Below are positions 19,446 through 29,615 of a stretch of 64,000 bases of DNA, piece by piece. The stretch is from a virus (lineage: Duplodnaviria; Caudoviricetes): positions 160,001 through 224,000 of the IMG/VR virus record IMGVR_UViG_2974799246_000001. One strand, given 5' to 3'. The notes under the pieces were generated by a model. The model saw nothing but the letters and a program-made list of their open reading frames with translations. It was not told where the DNA came from and ran no database searches. The translations under genes were made by a program, and so were the position numbers. Within the stretch, counting starts at the first letter, position 1, and each line of letters begins with the position of its first letter.

Positions 19446-20021
19446 TTACGCCCTCAGATCAACAAGTATCGACGCACTCAAATCTCGAAGCATGTCACGG
19501 CCGAGAGAGGTGTACATCGTTTGAGAAACAACTATACGTTCAAGGAACAGGCGAGAACCAATGACGTCCCTGCCTAACTTCTGCTGAACGAACTCAATGA
19601 TTGAAGACGGAGGCTGAATGAGGAACGTGAGTATCTCAGCATCGTGGAGAACGTTGCCCATCGCTGTCACAGGTCGCATTTCTGTTTCCTGATCGAGGAT
19701 GTATGAGATGACTCGGTCTGCATTGCCTATGTTTGGATAGCGCTTGAAGAATCTACGCACCGCTTCTACGGTGTGCATGAAATCGTAGTCCGGTCGGGTC
19801 GGCATACGAAGAAAGAGTGAAGCGAGCAACAGGTTTATTTCTAACTGCGGACCTTGTTCAATGTTCAACATCGCATGTGCGGTCAGCACAACATTCAACG
19901 AGAAGTCACGAGTATAGAGCGGGTGAGAGGTCGCTGTCTGATCGAAATAGTCAAGGGCCTGACGCAACCCTTGACGTATTAACAGGTGCTCTGCTTTAAT
20001 GCGGGACAGGCGTTGCATCAC
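19446..20021 (-). CDS. Degenerate HD-domain-like protein
   Basis: HD-fold spacing (LLLASLF.., VISYI, LHDAE) with the HD dyad replaced by LR. Confidence 0.35.
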   Translation of the reverse strand: MMQRLSRIKAEHLLIRQGLRQALDYFDQTATSHPLYTRDFSLNVVLTAHAMLNIEQGPQLEINLLLASLFLRMPTRPDYDFMHTVEAVRRFFKRYPNIGNADRVISYILDQETEMRPVTAMGNVLHDAEILTFLIQPPSSIIEFVQQKLGRDVIGSRLFLERIVVSQTMYTSLGRDMLRDLSASILVDLRA

Positions 20022-20992
20022 TCAGCGCCGCGAATCTCTTTCAGGCTATTCTTGATCGCTTTGCGCAGTGTCTTGCCTACGTCAATGCCGTCAATGTGAC
20101 GAGCAAACACGTTGGCGAATAGCGTGGTTGGATTCTTCATGATCGCTTTGTCGAGGTCAGGACGACCTTCTGCGATCTGCAACTCACCAGGCCAGAGTTC
20201 TGCAACCGCCGCGCTATCGTTAGCAGCAATCAGTTCCAGTTCACGGACCGAGATAGAGTTCTGTCGAGCAATCGTACGGAAGATTATGTCAACGAAAGGC
20301 AGCATGTCTTCGCTAACAACGTTCTTCACGTCTTTGGCATCACCAGCACGTTGGAAATCTTCCAACAGACCTTCGAGATGCGTCTGCGTGATCTTCTGGA
20401 CGTTACGCAGTTTCTTGAACAGCATCATCCAGCGAACTTTACGCTTAGAACTTAGCAGGTGCGTCCACACTGATTCACCGAGTGCGATCATCAGGCGGTT
20501 GTACACGTCAACGCTCAGGCTGTCACGATCAACGAAGACCGTGATCTCATCGTGCCATTCATCTTTACGGAATTTGCTGCGGAACGCATGAGTCTTCGAA
20601 CCTGACTGCTGGACGAAGTTGATTTGTTTGCAGCGGCGTACAGCTTCCGCCAGATGATATTTCTCAATCACCTTAGGAAGTTTCTTAACGCCAACACGAC
20701 ACGCTTTTGCAACTTCGGCCTCACGACCGAAAAGAGATAAACGAGGCAGTCCGCCGTAGACAGGCATCGAAGCGTATGGTCTGACAGTCACGCCACACAC
20801 TGACATACCTGGCTCAGGGTCTGGTCCGAGAACACACAACACATCACCAGACTTCGGACTGAACTTGATCGTCTCAGGATCTGGCGTACTCAGCGTGTTG
20901 GCCAAAAGACCAACAGTGTTGCCGGTAGCCAGTACCAAATGGTTTTTGTTACCCTGCCTTACAACAAGGTAATCTTTTTCACTATGTTTCAT
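20018..20992 (-). CDS. Hypothetical protein
   Basis: 324 aa operonic ORF. Confidence 0.7.
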   Translation of the reverse strand: MKHSEKDYLVVRQGNKNHLVLATGNTVGLLANTLSTPDPETIKFSPKSGDVLCVLGPDPEPGMSVCGVTVRPYASMPVYGGLPRLSLFGREAEVAKACRVGVKKLPKVIEKYHLAEAVRRCKQINFVQQSGSKTHAFRSKFRKDEWHDEITVFVDRDSLSVDVYNRLMIALGESVWTHLLSSKRKVRWMMLFKKLRNVQKITQTHLEGLLEDFQRAGDAKDVKNVVSEDMLPFVDIIFRTIARQNSISVRELELIAANDSAAVAELWPGELQIAEGRPDLDKAIMKNPTTLFANVFARHIDGIDVGKTLRKAIKNSLKEIRGAE

Positions 20993-21000
20993 AACGACCT

Positions 21001-21531
21001 TTATAGTTGATCAACGATGTTCATCGTGTGAACTTCCGCTGTGTAGCCCTGACGGAAGATGCGACCTTCGGCTCGGCCTGTTGCCTGCTCTGCGGAAGGG
21101 ACGCCCCAGCTTGTTGCAGGCTCAATCGAGATAAGGGCCTGCTCATCCCACATGTCACCGTCTTCGAGATAGTCTGCAATCATTTGGAGAGCAGCAGGAC
21201 GATCGAGGCCCAAGTGCGCAAGCTCGGCGATAATGAGTTTCGGCGCAGTGGCGTCTTTCATTTCGTCGAGTTCGTATTGCAGATCGGAAAGCGAGTTAAC
21301 CTGATGGCAGTCAGCGCTAGTCAGGCCTGCATACTCGTCTTGTCCGAAATAAGCAATTGCAAAGTCAGGAACATCAAGTTGACTGGAAAAGAAATGAGGA
21401 GCGTCCACCAGAATAGAAGGCACGGCGCTCATCTGGAGAAAACTCATGTAGGGGCGTTGCATCTCATGAGCTTCTACCGAACAGGACTTCCCAGCAAGAT
21501 CTTTCATTATGCTGTGTGCGAGATTATTCAT
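21001..21531 (-). CDS. Hypothetical protein
   Basis: GAGG RBS. Confidence 0.6.
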   Translation of the reverse strand: MNNLAHSIMKDLAGKSCSVEAHEMQRPYMSFLQMSAVPSILVDAPHFFSSQLDVPDFAIAYFGQDEYAGLTSADCHQVNSLSDLQYELDEMKDATAPKLIIAELAHLGLDRPAALQMIADYLEDGDMWDEQALISIEPATSWGVPSAEQATGRAEGRIFRQGYTAEVHTMNIVDQL

Positions 21532-21538
21532 TGTAACC

Positions 21539-21754
21539 TCAGTTCTCAGGAGTAGGAGTAAAAGGGCTGTGGGTGTACGGAGTTAACTTATCCACGTACA
21601 GGAAACGAGATGAAGCACTACTGTAACCAGAGCGTGGTGCCGATTGCTTTTTCTTGGCTTCGGCCTCACGTTTATCCAGCTCGTCAAAGATACCTACGCG
21701 ACGGGCGTACTTAAACTTCGGGTGTACGGAGATATGTTTGACGATAGCTGTCAT
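21539..21754 (-). CDS. Hypothetical protein
   Basis: AAGGA RBS. Confidence 0.55.
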   Translation of the reverse strand: MTAIVKHISVHPKFKYARRVGIFDELDKREAEAKKKQSAPRSGYSSASSRFLYVDKLTPYTHSPFTPTPEN

Positions 21755-21764
21755 ACGTTATTCC

Positions 21765-22241
21765 TTAATCAGGTTCATCGAGGACATGATAGAACATGGC
21801 CCATACTTCGTCATCGTCCTCTTCGACATCTGGATCACGTATCTCCAGTTTAGGAAAAGGCAGACTGACTTCTCGATCATAGGCTTGATTGGCAAACATT
21901 ATAGCCACGCACAACTCCGAGCAATAGAAGTTGCGCAGGTATGGAAACGCGAGACCGAGATTTACTTTTGGTCTATCTCCAGCTTTTGCCGTTTGTGCCA
22001 TTGCATGTATTTCGCGTAGATATTCATCCAGCAAATCTTTGTTACCATGCTCAGGCCAATCCACCAGAAGAAGATTTTTGATATACTTCCTTTGGTTACT
22101 ACGCAGAGCCTTGTATTCTTCCTGAAAGAATTTCTCCAACCCTTTCTTAGGGACGGACTTCATCTTTGCTCGAAGTACAATCTCAAGTTTGGCAGCAATT
22201 CGCAATCGCAGCCTAGGGTTGTATTTAAGTTTCTGCATCAA
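21765..22241 (-). CDS. Hypothetical protein
   Basis: Overlap-coupled to the upstream gene. Confidence 0.55.
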   Translation of the reverse strand: MMQKLKYNPRLRLRIAAKLEIVLRAKMKSVPKKGLEKFFQEEYKALRSNQRKYIKNLLLVDWPEHGNKDLLDEYLREIHAMAQTAKAGDRPKVNLGLAFPYLRNFYCSELCVAIMFANQAYDREVSLPFPKLEIRDPDVEEDDDEVWAMFYHVLDEPD

Positions 22242-23869
22242 TCGTCACCCATAAAATCAAGGGTATCAGAAAATTTCTTAATGACGAACGTGGCCTTCGC
22301 AGATTTGATCTCACCCTTAGTTTTCAGCAGGGCGCCATCGTGCTCCAACGAATAAACGAGTTCGACATTACCATTCAGGATCGCCTCGAACAAATGACTC
22401 GACTCAATGCCCGAGATACAATGACTCATGGTTCGTCGTCGCACCTTGCGAGATGAAACACACTGGTCATGTTCGAGAACATACTTGGCTCCTGTATCGC
22501 ACGTTAGCATCATGCCTTCGGTTGTGTAACGGAAACGTTTCGAATAGACCTCGCATAATTGCTGCAACGCAGTTATGAAAGTTTTGCAGTCTATGTTCCA
22601 CGACTCCACGAAGTCATACACCTCACTCAGACTTTTGAAGTGAGGGCGCAATGCCATGACAGCGCTTGACCGAGGGGTCTTCGTCAAATAGTCAGCGCTG
22701 AACAGCGTACCATAGAAACAAATCTTCACCAGCTTTTTAGATAGGCGGGTGTTGTTTGGATTTGCTTTCTGGAGCTTGTCCACTATGTCATTTACAGAAT
22801 GTATGTCGTCAAGGAAAGGACATACGATACCGTTGTCTGCGAACTCTTTGCGGATGATGTTGAGTTGGCTACTCGCCATATCCCAGTTATCGCCGACAAC
22901 ACTACATGCCTGTTTAAGAACCGCAGGGAAGGATTGGAACCCACCACCCTGCTCAAACAGACGACCACCAACTTTAGCGATTGTGTACGCTGGGTAGTAA
23001 CGAATAATTAACGGCTCTTCCGAAACAATCTGAATTGGCCCCGATAGAATAGCCTGTAGACAACTCATCACCTGATGGTACTGCTTGAGTGCCCGACGTG
23101 TGCCGCGGAAACTCTTAACCGTTAGGTAATCAAGAATTGGGTCGATTGCAATTTCATTCGGACCTATCTTCTTTAGTACCGCAGTATAAAGTTTACGGGC
23201 AGCGCGATCTCGATTAGACCGCAACCCATACCGAGCGTTATCACCGGCAAGGTCATGCTTACGAGGCTTAAACGTTTTGTTGGCGCTCGCGCTTATCATC
23301 TCCAGAATCGTTTGACCGAACCGTTCTTGCACAGCCTTGAGTGGACTATAGAAGCGAGTAAGCTCTAACAGTTCACGACTGGACTTAGGACGATTTGGGT
23401 ACATAGCATCCAAGCACTTACGCTTAATCCTGAACTCACGACAACGACCAGGAGTAGCGGCCGTTTTCTTGATATGCTTTTTGTAATCCATCACGTTAGC
23501 AATAAGCCACTCAAGGGCCCGACTAAAATGCTTCTCAGTCCGTTCCCACCGCGGCCCTACAGGACCTCTTAGCGCATTTTCACACCCGAATACCATCGGA
23601 AGCTCTTTGACACCAAGTTTTCTGCTAAACGGCACCCAGACAGTACCGAACTTCTCAAATTTCTTTCTTTTCGTCGGATAGATAGACGATTGAAGCACAT
23701 GCCAGAAGAACAGGTTGATTTGACGGCGAAACTCCTGTTCTTGCTTCTTCGGGCCGTCGTACGGACATTTGTCTACGACGTTATCACGTACCCACACCAG
23801 AGGTGCTAGTTCTTGGTGCGTTGGGTTCGTAATCAGGCGTGCTTCACCCTTTTTCATAAAAGAAGACAT
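22238..23869 (-). CDS. Divergent family-A/T7-like polymerase-fold protein (TV-Pol-like), possible replication protein
   Basis: GGRL....FQSFP, motif A DMASSQL, motif B KKLVK..FY..LF and motif C EHDG; no exonuclease domain; AGGAG RBS before ATG 23869. Confidence 0.55.
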   Translation of the reverse strand: MSSFMKKGEARLITNPTHQELAPLVWVRDNVVDKCPYDGPKKQEQEFRRQINLFFWHVLQSSIYPTKRKKFEKFGTVWVPFSRKLGVKELPMVFGCENALRGPVGPRWERTEKHFSRALEWLIANVMDYKKHIKKTAATPGRCREFRIKRKCLDAMYPNRPKSSRELLELTRFYSPLKAVQERFGQTILEMISASANKTFKPRKHDLAGDNARYGLRSNRDRAARKLYTAVLKKIGPNEIAIDPILDYLTVKSFRGTRRALKQYHQVMSCLQAILSGPIQIVSEEPLIIRYYPAYTIAKVGGRLFEQGGGFQSFPAVLKQACSVVGDNWDMASSQLNIIRKEFADNGIVCPFLDDIHSVNDIVDKLQKANPNNTRLSKKLVKICFYGTLFSADYLTKTPRSSAVMALRPHFKSLSEVYDFVESWNIDCKTFITALQQLCEVYSKRFRYTTEGMMLTCDTGAKYVLEHDQCVSSRKVRRRTMSHCISGIESSHLFEAILNGNVELVYSLEHDGALLKTKGEIKSAKATFVIKKFSDTLDFMGDD

Positions 23870-24273
23870 TCGGATCTCCTGAATCACTTCTTTTGCTCGT
23901 TTTCTTCTTGTTGTTTACAGAAACCGCTTGCAAAGCAAGGGAGCAGAAGCACGTACAGAAGAGGTACGACAGATAAGCAACGCTGGGCGATCGAGCGGCG
24001 CGCTCAAGGCACGGGATATACAGATATACATGAGGGCTTTAGGCGCACTCCGTTTTTGTACCAGTAAAAATCTAGATCGCATCAAACAGCAGCTATAACC
24101 ACCCTTCTATACGCTTAAACATACGCCCTGGGACGATCTCGATTTTCAAAAAGATCTCCCTGAAACCATGTAAATTTTTTTCAAATTTGGCGCGATTTCT
24201 GTTCATTTTTTAACCAAAGGGGATAAAAACAGAGGAAAACCCGAATAAAATCAAGGACTTTCCTCCGCGATTA

Positions 24274-24933
24274 TCACTTTTTCTGCGAAACGCGCTTCCC
24301 GAGCTTGACGCCTATTTGCGTCAGAATGCGTTTCACTGTTTCGCCGTCGTGTTCCTGCATTGCAGTCGCTAAACGTTCGCCCTGTTCACGCGATAGCTCA
24401 GGCATAACCATTTTAAGCATCTGCGAGCGCATTTTGGCTGATTTAGACTTGCCGCGAGACAGAGATTGTGTGTCCATTTCGTTTGCAACACGGCTCATGG
24501 TGCGCTGCACACGACGATCTGCGAAGATATCAGCAAAGATATTGCCAAACAGGTCCTGGAACGAACGTCCACCGCCCATAATGTCGTCTTTTGTGAAACG
24601 AACAGGCTGTCCAAGCGCATTCTGCTTATTGCAGTGCGTGGATTCCACTTCGTTTTGAGTACGTCCACCAGCACGGAAGTTCTCGTCAGGGCGTGACGCT
24701 TTACCCTCTGCGCCCGGCTTAGTGTTGCCGTTACGCAGGTCTGCATCGCCTTCAACAGCCTTATCAGGGTCGAACATGTCGTCCGCTGTCTCGCTTTGGT
24801 TAGCGTCAAACGGAATCTTGCCCGTCAGCTTATTCTGGTCAGGCCAGCTCTTTGGAATATCAGAAGCAGGTTGCGCCTTGTTCGTCATATCGCCGTTAGC
24901 TTCGCTATTCAGGCTGATCATAATGCGTGTCAT
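24274..24933 (-). CDS. Hypothetical protein with leader variant (MTRIMISLNS)
   Basis: AGGAG RBS; in a CTAATTT-driven operon. Confidence 0.6.
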   Translation of the reverse strand: MTRIMISLNSEANGDMTNKAQPASDIPKSWPDQNKLTGKIPFDANQSETADDMFDPDKAVEGDADLRNGNTKPGAEGKASRPDENFRAGGRTQNEVESTHCNKQNALGQPVRFTKDDIMGGGRSFQDLFGNIFADIFADRRVQRTMSRVANEMDTQSLSRGKSKSAKMRSQMLKMVMPELSREQGERLATAMQEHDGETVKRILTQIGVKLGKRVSQKK

Positions 24934-24942
24934 TCGAATCTC

Positions 24943-26049
24943 CTATCGGATTTTATAGCCTTTGAAAATGTTGTACGCAACTTCTTTGCGCTGTACAGGA
25001 CGAGTGGTACACACCCATTCCCACTGATCGTTCTTGGCCGTGCGTTTCTTCGGTGCTTCCATTACTTTCAGCACGTAGTTTTTGAAAGGCACAACAAGAA
25101 TGTCCTCGGGCTCCAGAGGTCCACAACGTGCAGGCAGAACGACTGTAAGGTTGCCGACAGTCAGTTCCTGATCGTAGTTCAACACGTTGGCCTCTTCGCT
25201 GAGGTTGCCTTTGACCGCAGGTACACCTAAATCGAAGATGATTGTGGCGTGTGTGAAAGCCTCAACGCCTTTGACGCGCACAATCACATGCTTACCACGC
25301 CACGGCTCCAGATTCGCAGCAGTCAACTCCTGTTCTACACCGTTAACGACCAGTACAGGGCGCGGGAATGCAGGCAGCAACTGTTCATTCAATCGTACCG
25401 AATAAGTCGCCTGCGTAAAGTATTTTGGAATAAGCTGATCAAAATCAACGTGTCCGTCTTTACGTACCTGCCTGAATGTCGCAGGGCTGGTGGATTGATC
25501 GAGCGTATACGCTGTCAGTGTTTTAGCGTGATGGTGCGTCATGACGTTGTACACGAAGCCTGTGCTGATAAAGCCAGGCACAATGCCTTGACGGAAGCAG
25601 ATGCCGCAGTTCGCAACGTTACCTGCATCCCATCCGTTCGACACTTCCTCGTCGCCGTTGCCCATGAGATCGGCAGCGCCCATTACAGCGTTCATGCCGT
25701 CGTCGATATCATCAAGGCTTACTGTTTGGCGTCCACCACCAAACATGCCTTTCGATACTGGTGCGATCTTAACGTTCGCGTCCATTACAGATGATTCGCG
25801 GCCAATCGACTTCATGCCGCCCACCTGTTCGTCGAAGATATCGTTGTCCACTTTGTTGCAGCTACAGGTTAGACCCATCTTCGCTTTCTTGAAGATGACG
25901 ATATCGGTCGCATCAACCTGTAACGCCTGTTCAACTTTCGACTGCACAACCTTCTGCACCGAGTCGAGGCGTTGCTGGACGCGTTCGGTTTCGTAGGTCT
26001 TATGGCGGTCGTAAGCAGTTCGCGGTCTTCCGCGTTCAATCCAGCTCAT
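24943..26049 (-). CDS. Putative virion neck/head-completion protein with Cys motifs
   Basis: CSC...CGICFRQG..GF; CTAATTT upstream; function inferred. Confidence 0.4.
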   Translation of the reverse strand: MSWIERGRPRTAYDRHKTYETERVQQRLDSVQKVVQSKVEQALQVDATDIVIFKKAKMGLTCSCNKVDNDIFDEQVGGMKSIGRESSVMDANVKIAPVSKGMFGGGRQTVSLDDIDDGMNAVMGAADLMGNGDEEVSNGWDAGNVANCGICFRQGIVPGFISTGFVYNVMTHHHAKTLTAYTLDQSTSPATFRQVRKDGHVDFDQLIPKYFTQATYSVRLNEQLLPAFPRPVLVVNGVEQELTAANLEPWRGKHVIVRVKGVEAFTHATIIFDLGVPAVKGNLSEEANVLNYDQELTVGNLTVVLPARCGPLEPEDILVVPFKNYVLKVMEAPKKRTAKNDQWEWVCTTRPVQRKEVAYNIFKGYKIR

Positions 26050-26147
26050 AATCGTTCTCCTCTGTGTGGCTTAAATTAGTGTACAAAATTTAGGACCTTG
26101 CCCCTAGTAAATACTTATTTAGAGTACGTTAAAACACGGAGCCTTTT

Positions 26148-26696
26148 ATGCGTATTCTTTCAGGCGACCCGGGCAAGGTTAACTTCGCGTTGTCTGTTCA
26201 GGAGTTTAAGGACAAGCGCATTACAGTGCTCGGCACGCGGATGTTTAAGAAACCCATCCAGAATCTGCACCACGACATGCGACAGCCCACCAAGGAGTTT
26301 TTGGCAGAGCTAGAACTGATGTGGAAGCTATACGGACCATTCGATGCTATGTGCTTCGAGCGCTTTCAGTCGCGTGGTCTAGGTGGTAACACGATTGAGG
26401 CTATCAGTCTCATGCTTGGTGTTATCTCGTTCTTCGCACTCAAAAAGAAATGCCCACTCGATTTGATTACGGCTAGCCAGTGGAAGAACGCATTCAACCG
26501 CACAATGGACCTCAAAGGTTATTACGCACACTATAACCTGACGTCTAAAAAGAGTCGCAAAGCGATTCACGAATTTGATGCCAGTCTTATAGGCGTCTAC
26601 ACCTTCTATCGTCACTCAGGAATCAAACCGTTCGCTGGCTTCAATCGCGTTGTCGATGTGTACGTACCACGATTCCTGGGCGCACCTGTGTTGTGA
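26148..26696 (+). CDS. ruvC: RuvC-like Holliday junction resolvase
   Basis: ILSGDPG..NFA, CFE, WK and HEFDA acidic catalytic pattern. Confidence 0.8.
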   Translation: MRILSGDPGKVNFALSVQEFKDKRITVLGTRMFKKPIQNLHHDMRQPTKEFLAELELMWKLYGPFDAMCFERFQSRGLGGNTIEAISLMLGVISFFALKKKCPLDLITASQWKNAFNRTMDLKGYYAHYNLTSKKSRKAIHEFDASLIGVYTFYRHSGIKPFAGFNRVVDVYVPRFLGAPVL

Positions 26697-26702
26697 GGAC
26701 AT

Positions 26703-27068
26703 ATGGAACAAATTGAACTGTTACGCGTAGTGAAAGAGATCCTCAGCGAATACGGCAAAGTTGAGTTTCTGGCGCAAGGTCATGTTGGTGTGAACACCGA
26801 GCACCGTGCGACCTATGAAACGTTAATCACTGTGACTTCTGATAGCGACACAACTTTCCCCGAAGCAGATTTCCGCGCTAAGATTGCGGCGCAGATTGAC
26901 GAGTATCGTGTGGTTGGATTCAAGCGCACCTACAACGAGCAGACCAGAGAGTTTGTGCTGCAACTGACCGACCCAATATTCACCTACCGTGACCCATTGG
27001 TGTGTCCAGCAAACGGCAAAACTCTGTACTCGGTTTCCGTAGGTTTCCCGTTCGTGTCCACCAATTAA
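26703..27068 (+). CDS. Hypothetical protein
   Basis: GAGGA RBS. Confidence 0.65.
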   Translation: MEQIELLRVVKEILSEYGKVEFLAQGHVGVNTEHRATYETLITVTSDSDTTFPEADFRAKIAAQIDEYRVVGFKRTYNEQTREFVLQLTDPIFTYRDPLVCPANGKTLYSVSVGFPFVSTN

Positions 27069-27114
27069 TCTGTAAATATCCTTACTTGGTTAACGCGCGT
27101 GTGGGATATTGAAA

Positions 27115-27798
27115 ATGGCGAAGTTGAAGAAAGAACGATCGGTCAAAGTCAGTGCTAAAAAGACTGTTGCCGTAAAAACAAAGAAAGCAAAAGCTAAGGC
27201 TATTCCTGTTCGTGTCGTTCAGGACACACGGCCTATTATCAATTGCCCTGAGATGGAAGAGAAGCCTCAACCATTTCGTTTTCGTGGTCAGTGCCCGATA
27301 GTGACCTGTCAGTATTGCACACGCGAAACTCCGACAGGCTGCATGGCGCTTGACCGTAAAGAATCGGCCGACCGTTCAATCTCTAACAAGGAGATCGCTT
27401 ATTATAAACGTGGCCTCTTTCCTGAACTTAAAGACATGGATCAGAAGCAACTGGACAGTACGATTCGACGCGCACAAAATCGTACCCGCAATGCTATCTG
27501 CCTTACTATGTTTATTGCCGGGATTGATGATTCTGATTGCGATAGGTCTTTTCAATATGTAGAAGGCCGCAGTCGTCTGGTCGATCAGGTACATAACTAT
27601 CTGGTCCAAACGTTCAATGATTACCGTCCGTGGATGCTCGCATACCTCGACGACGAAAAACGATTCGGCGACATGGTGGGTAAAATAACCAATTCCGACT
27701 TTAATTTAAAAGACGCATTGCGTTTGACTCCTCGCAAGTATCAAATGTTCTGCCAGTCGCTACAAAATCTTAAACAATCTGGAGACTCTCATGAGTAA
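27115..27798 (+). CDS. Hypothetical protein, basic N-terminus and Cys cluster
   Basis: CPIVTCQYC...C; CTGTAAATA upstream. Confidence 0.6.
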   Translation: MAKLKKERSVKVSAKKTVAVKTKKAKAKAIPVRVVQDTRPIINCPEMEEKPQPFRFRGQCPIVTCQYCTRETPTGCMALDRKESADRSISNKEIAYYKRGLFPELKDMDQKQLDSTIRRAQNRTRNAICLTMFIAGIDDSDCDRSFQYVEGRSRLVDQVHNYLVQTFNDYRPWMLAYLDDEKRFGDMVGKITNSDFNLKDALRLTPRKYQMFCQSLQNLKQSGDSHE

Positions 27799-29563
27799 CT
27801 TTATCTCCCTCGATCAGTATCGCGCGATCATTCGTCGCAACGTTCTGAAAGAGCCTCAGATGCTGGTGGTCAATCAGACGCAGCCACTGGGTCAAATCTT
27901 TTTCCAATGCCCAGGCGATAACTTCCAGATGAAGGATATCATTGTCCCGCCATCTCGTAACGCTATCGACCTGACGCAGCAAGCACCGCTGGAAAATCTG
28001 CTGGCCTGTAGCCAACTGAAAGCGCTGCTGCAAACGCAACGTCTGGTGTTGTTGAACCCAGAAGAAATGCCAAACCCAGGTGACGGCATTCAGATGCCTC
28101 AGCTTTCTGTTCCGCCAGTTGCTGGTGCCGTGTCGGTTGACGGCGTAACTATTCCTAACGCTACTGTGATTGTCGAGCAAAACGGTAACGTCTGGACTGG
28201 TACTTCTAACGGCAGCGGTGTGTTCACTGTTGACGTATCTGGCCTGCAGGAAGGTGTGTTCTCAATCACCATTACTGCTGATGGTTTCGTGCCTGCTCGT
28301 TACAACTTCAATGCTGGTGCGCAACCTCTGCAACCAATGCCTGCGCCTACCGTACACGCTGTCTTTAAAGAGACAACTGTATCGGGAACCACTGTTGCGA
28401 ATGCTAATATCATCGTATCGGTGCAGAGCAAAGAGTTTACTGGTCAGGCTGATGGTCAGGGTGCGTTTAGCATTAACGTTGACCCACTGCCGTTTGACAT
28501 TATTCACCTGACGATCACTGCTGCTGATTATCTGGATAACGTTGTCAATCACATGGTTGACTCTGTTCCTGGTCTGGCTCAGATTAACAGCGCACCGTTC
28601 CTGTCTACTGCGCTGGCAGGTAAGGCAAGTCCAGAAGCTGAAATCGAAATCATCATCACTGGCCAGTCCAATCAGTTCGTTACTGCTGCTGCAAACGGCG
28701 ATTGGACTGCTGTTGTTGGTGCTGTTAAAGGTGAAGTCTCTATTCGTGTGCTGGAAAAAGACGGCTACGACGAAGCGACTGCTACCATGCAGCCTACCAA
28801 ACTGCCTGCTCCTGTACTGGCTGTCGATAACGCTGATAGCATCGGTGAGAATCAGACAGCATTCGGCGGCGCAATCACTGGCCTGAGCGCAGAAGCGAAT
28901 GACGTAGCGGTAACGCTGACTGTGCAAGCAGGTCTGTACGAAGGTACTGTTGACCTGCAATCAAGTCACTGGTCTGTGACTGGTGTTGATGCGAAAGCGG
29001 GTGTGGGTTCTGTAGGTGTTGTGAATCTGACGTCGGCCTTCTATGAAGATGCCTCAACGTCGTTCAACATTCTGGAAGAGTTCGCGCAGCCTACTCTGCA
29101 ACAAGCGCAAGATGGTCAGACTGCGGTAGTTGGTGATACTGTGGCTAGCGCTACAGTTAAGATCACAATGAACGGCGAAACCAAAACTGCGTCTTCAAAC
29201 CCGCAGGGTGCGTTCTCTGTTGATGGATTTACTAACGTTGTGCCTGGTCAGATTCGTATCGAACTGTCACGCAACGGTTACCTGCCTGCGGTCTTCAATG
29301 TCGCTCTGGCAGTACAGGCTCTCGGCCAGCTTGATGCAGATCTGGCTGTCGGTGAAGACACAGTTGCTGGACAAGCGACTCCTGGTTCTACTGTCACCTT
29401 GACGCAGGGTAGCGTTGTTGGTGATGCTGTGGCTGACGCGTCAACGGGTGACTTCATCATCACTCTGTCTGGACCGCTGGTAGAAGGTACACCAGTAGAG
29501 TTGAAAGTACAACACGCGGGCTATGTTGATTACGTTGAAACGTTAACTGTTTCTGCACCTTAA
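27791..29563 (+). CDS. Virion surface protein with tandem Ig-like domains
   Basis: About 6 repeats of V.G.T.P.A.V.......AD..G.F.....GY; N-domain shared with the next gene. Confidence 0.7.
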   Translation: MSNFISLDQYRAIIRRNVLKEPQMLVVNQTQPLGQIFFQCPGDNFQMKDIIVPPSRNAIDLTQQAPLENLLACSQLKALLQTQRLVLLNPEEMPNPGDGIQMPQLSVPPVAGAVSVDGVTIPNATVIVEQNGNVWTGTSNGSGVFTVDVSGLQEGVFSITITADGFVPARYNFNAGAQPLQPMPAPTVHAVFKETTVSGTTVANANIIVSVQSKEFTGQADGQGAFSINVDPLPFDIIHLTITAADYLDNVVNHMVDSVPGLAQINSAPFLSTALAGKASPEAEIEIIITGQSNQFVTAAANGDWTAVVGAVKGEVSIRVLEKDGYDEATATMQPTKLPAPVLAVDNADSIGENQTAFGGAITGLSAEANDVAVTLTVQAGLYEGTVDLQSSHWSVTGVDAKAGVGSVGVVNLTSAFYEDASTSFNILEEFAQPTLQQAQDGQTAVVGDTVASATVKITMNGETKTASSNPQGAFSVDGFTNVVPGQIRIELSRNGYLPAVFNVALAVQALGQLDADLAVGEDTVAGQATPGSTVTLTQGSVVGDAVADASTGDFIITLSGPLVEGTPVELKVQHAGYVDYVETLTVSAP

Positions 29564-29615
29564 TCTTACCTGAGGGGCTTCGGCCCCTTAATGAAATGCA
29601 ATTCGGAGATTTACC

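Noticed and set aside
22790-22798. Intragenic CTGTAAA-like matches (also near 33611 and 34106)
   Set aside because: They lack the final YA consensus and lie inside coding sequence, so they were not counted as promoters
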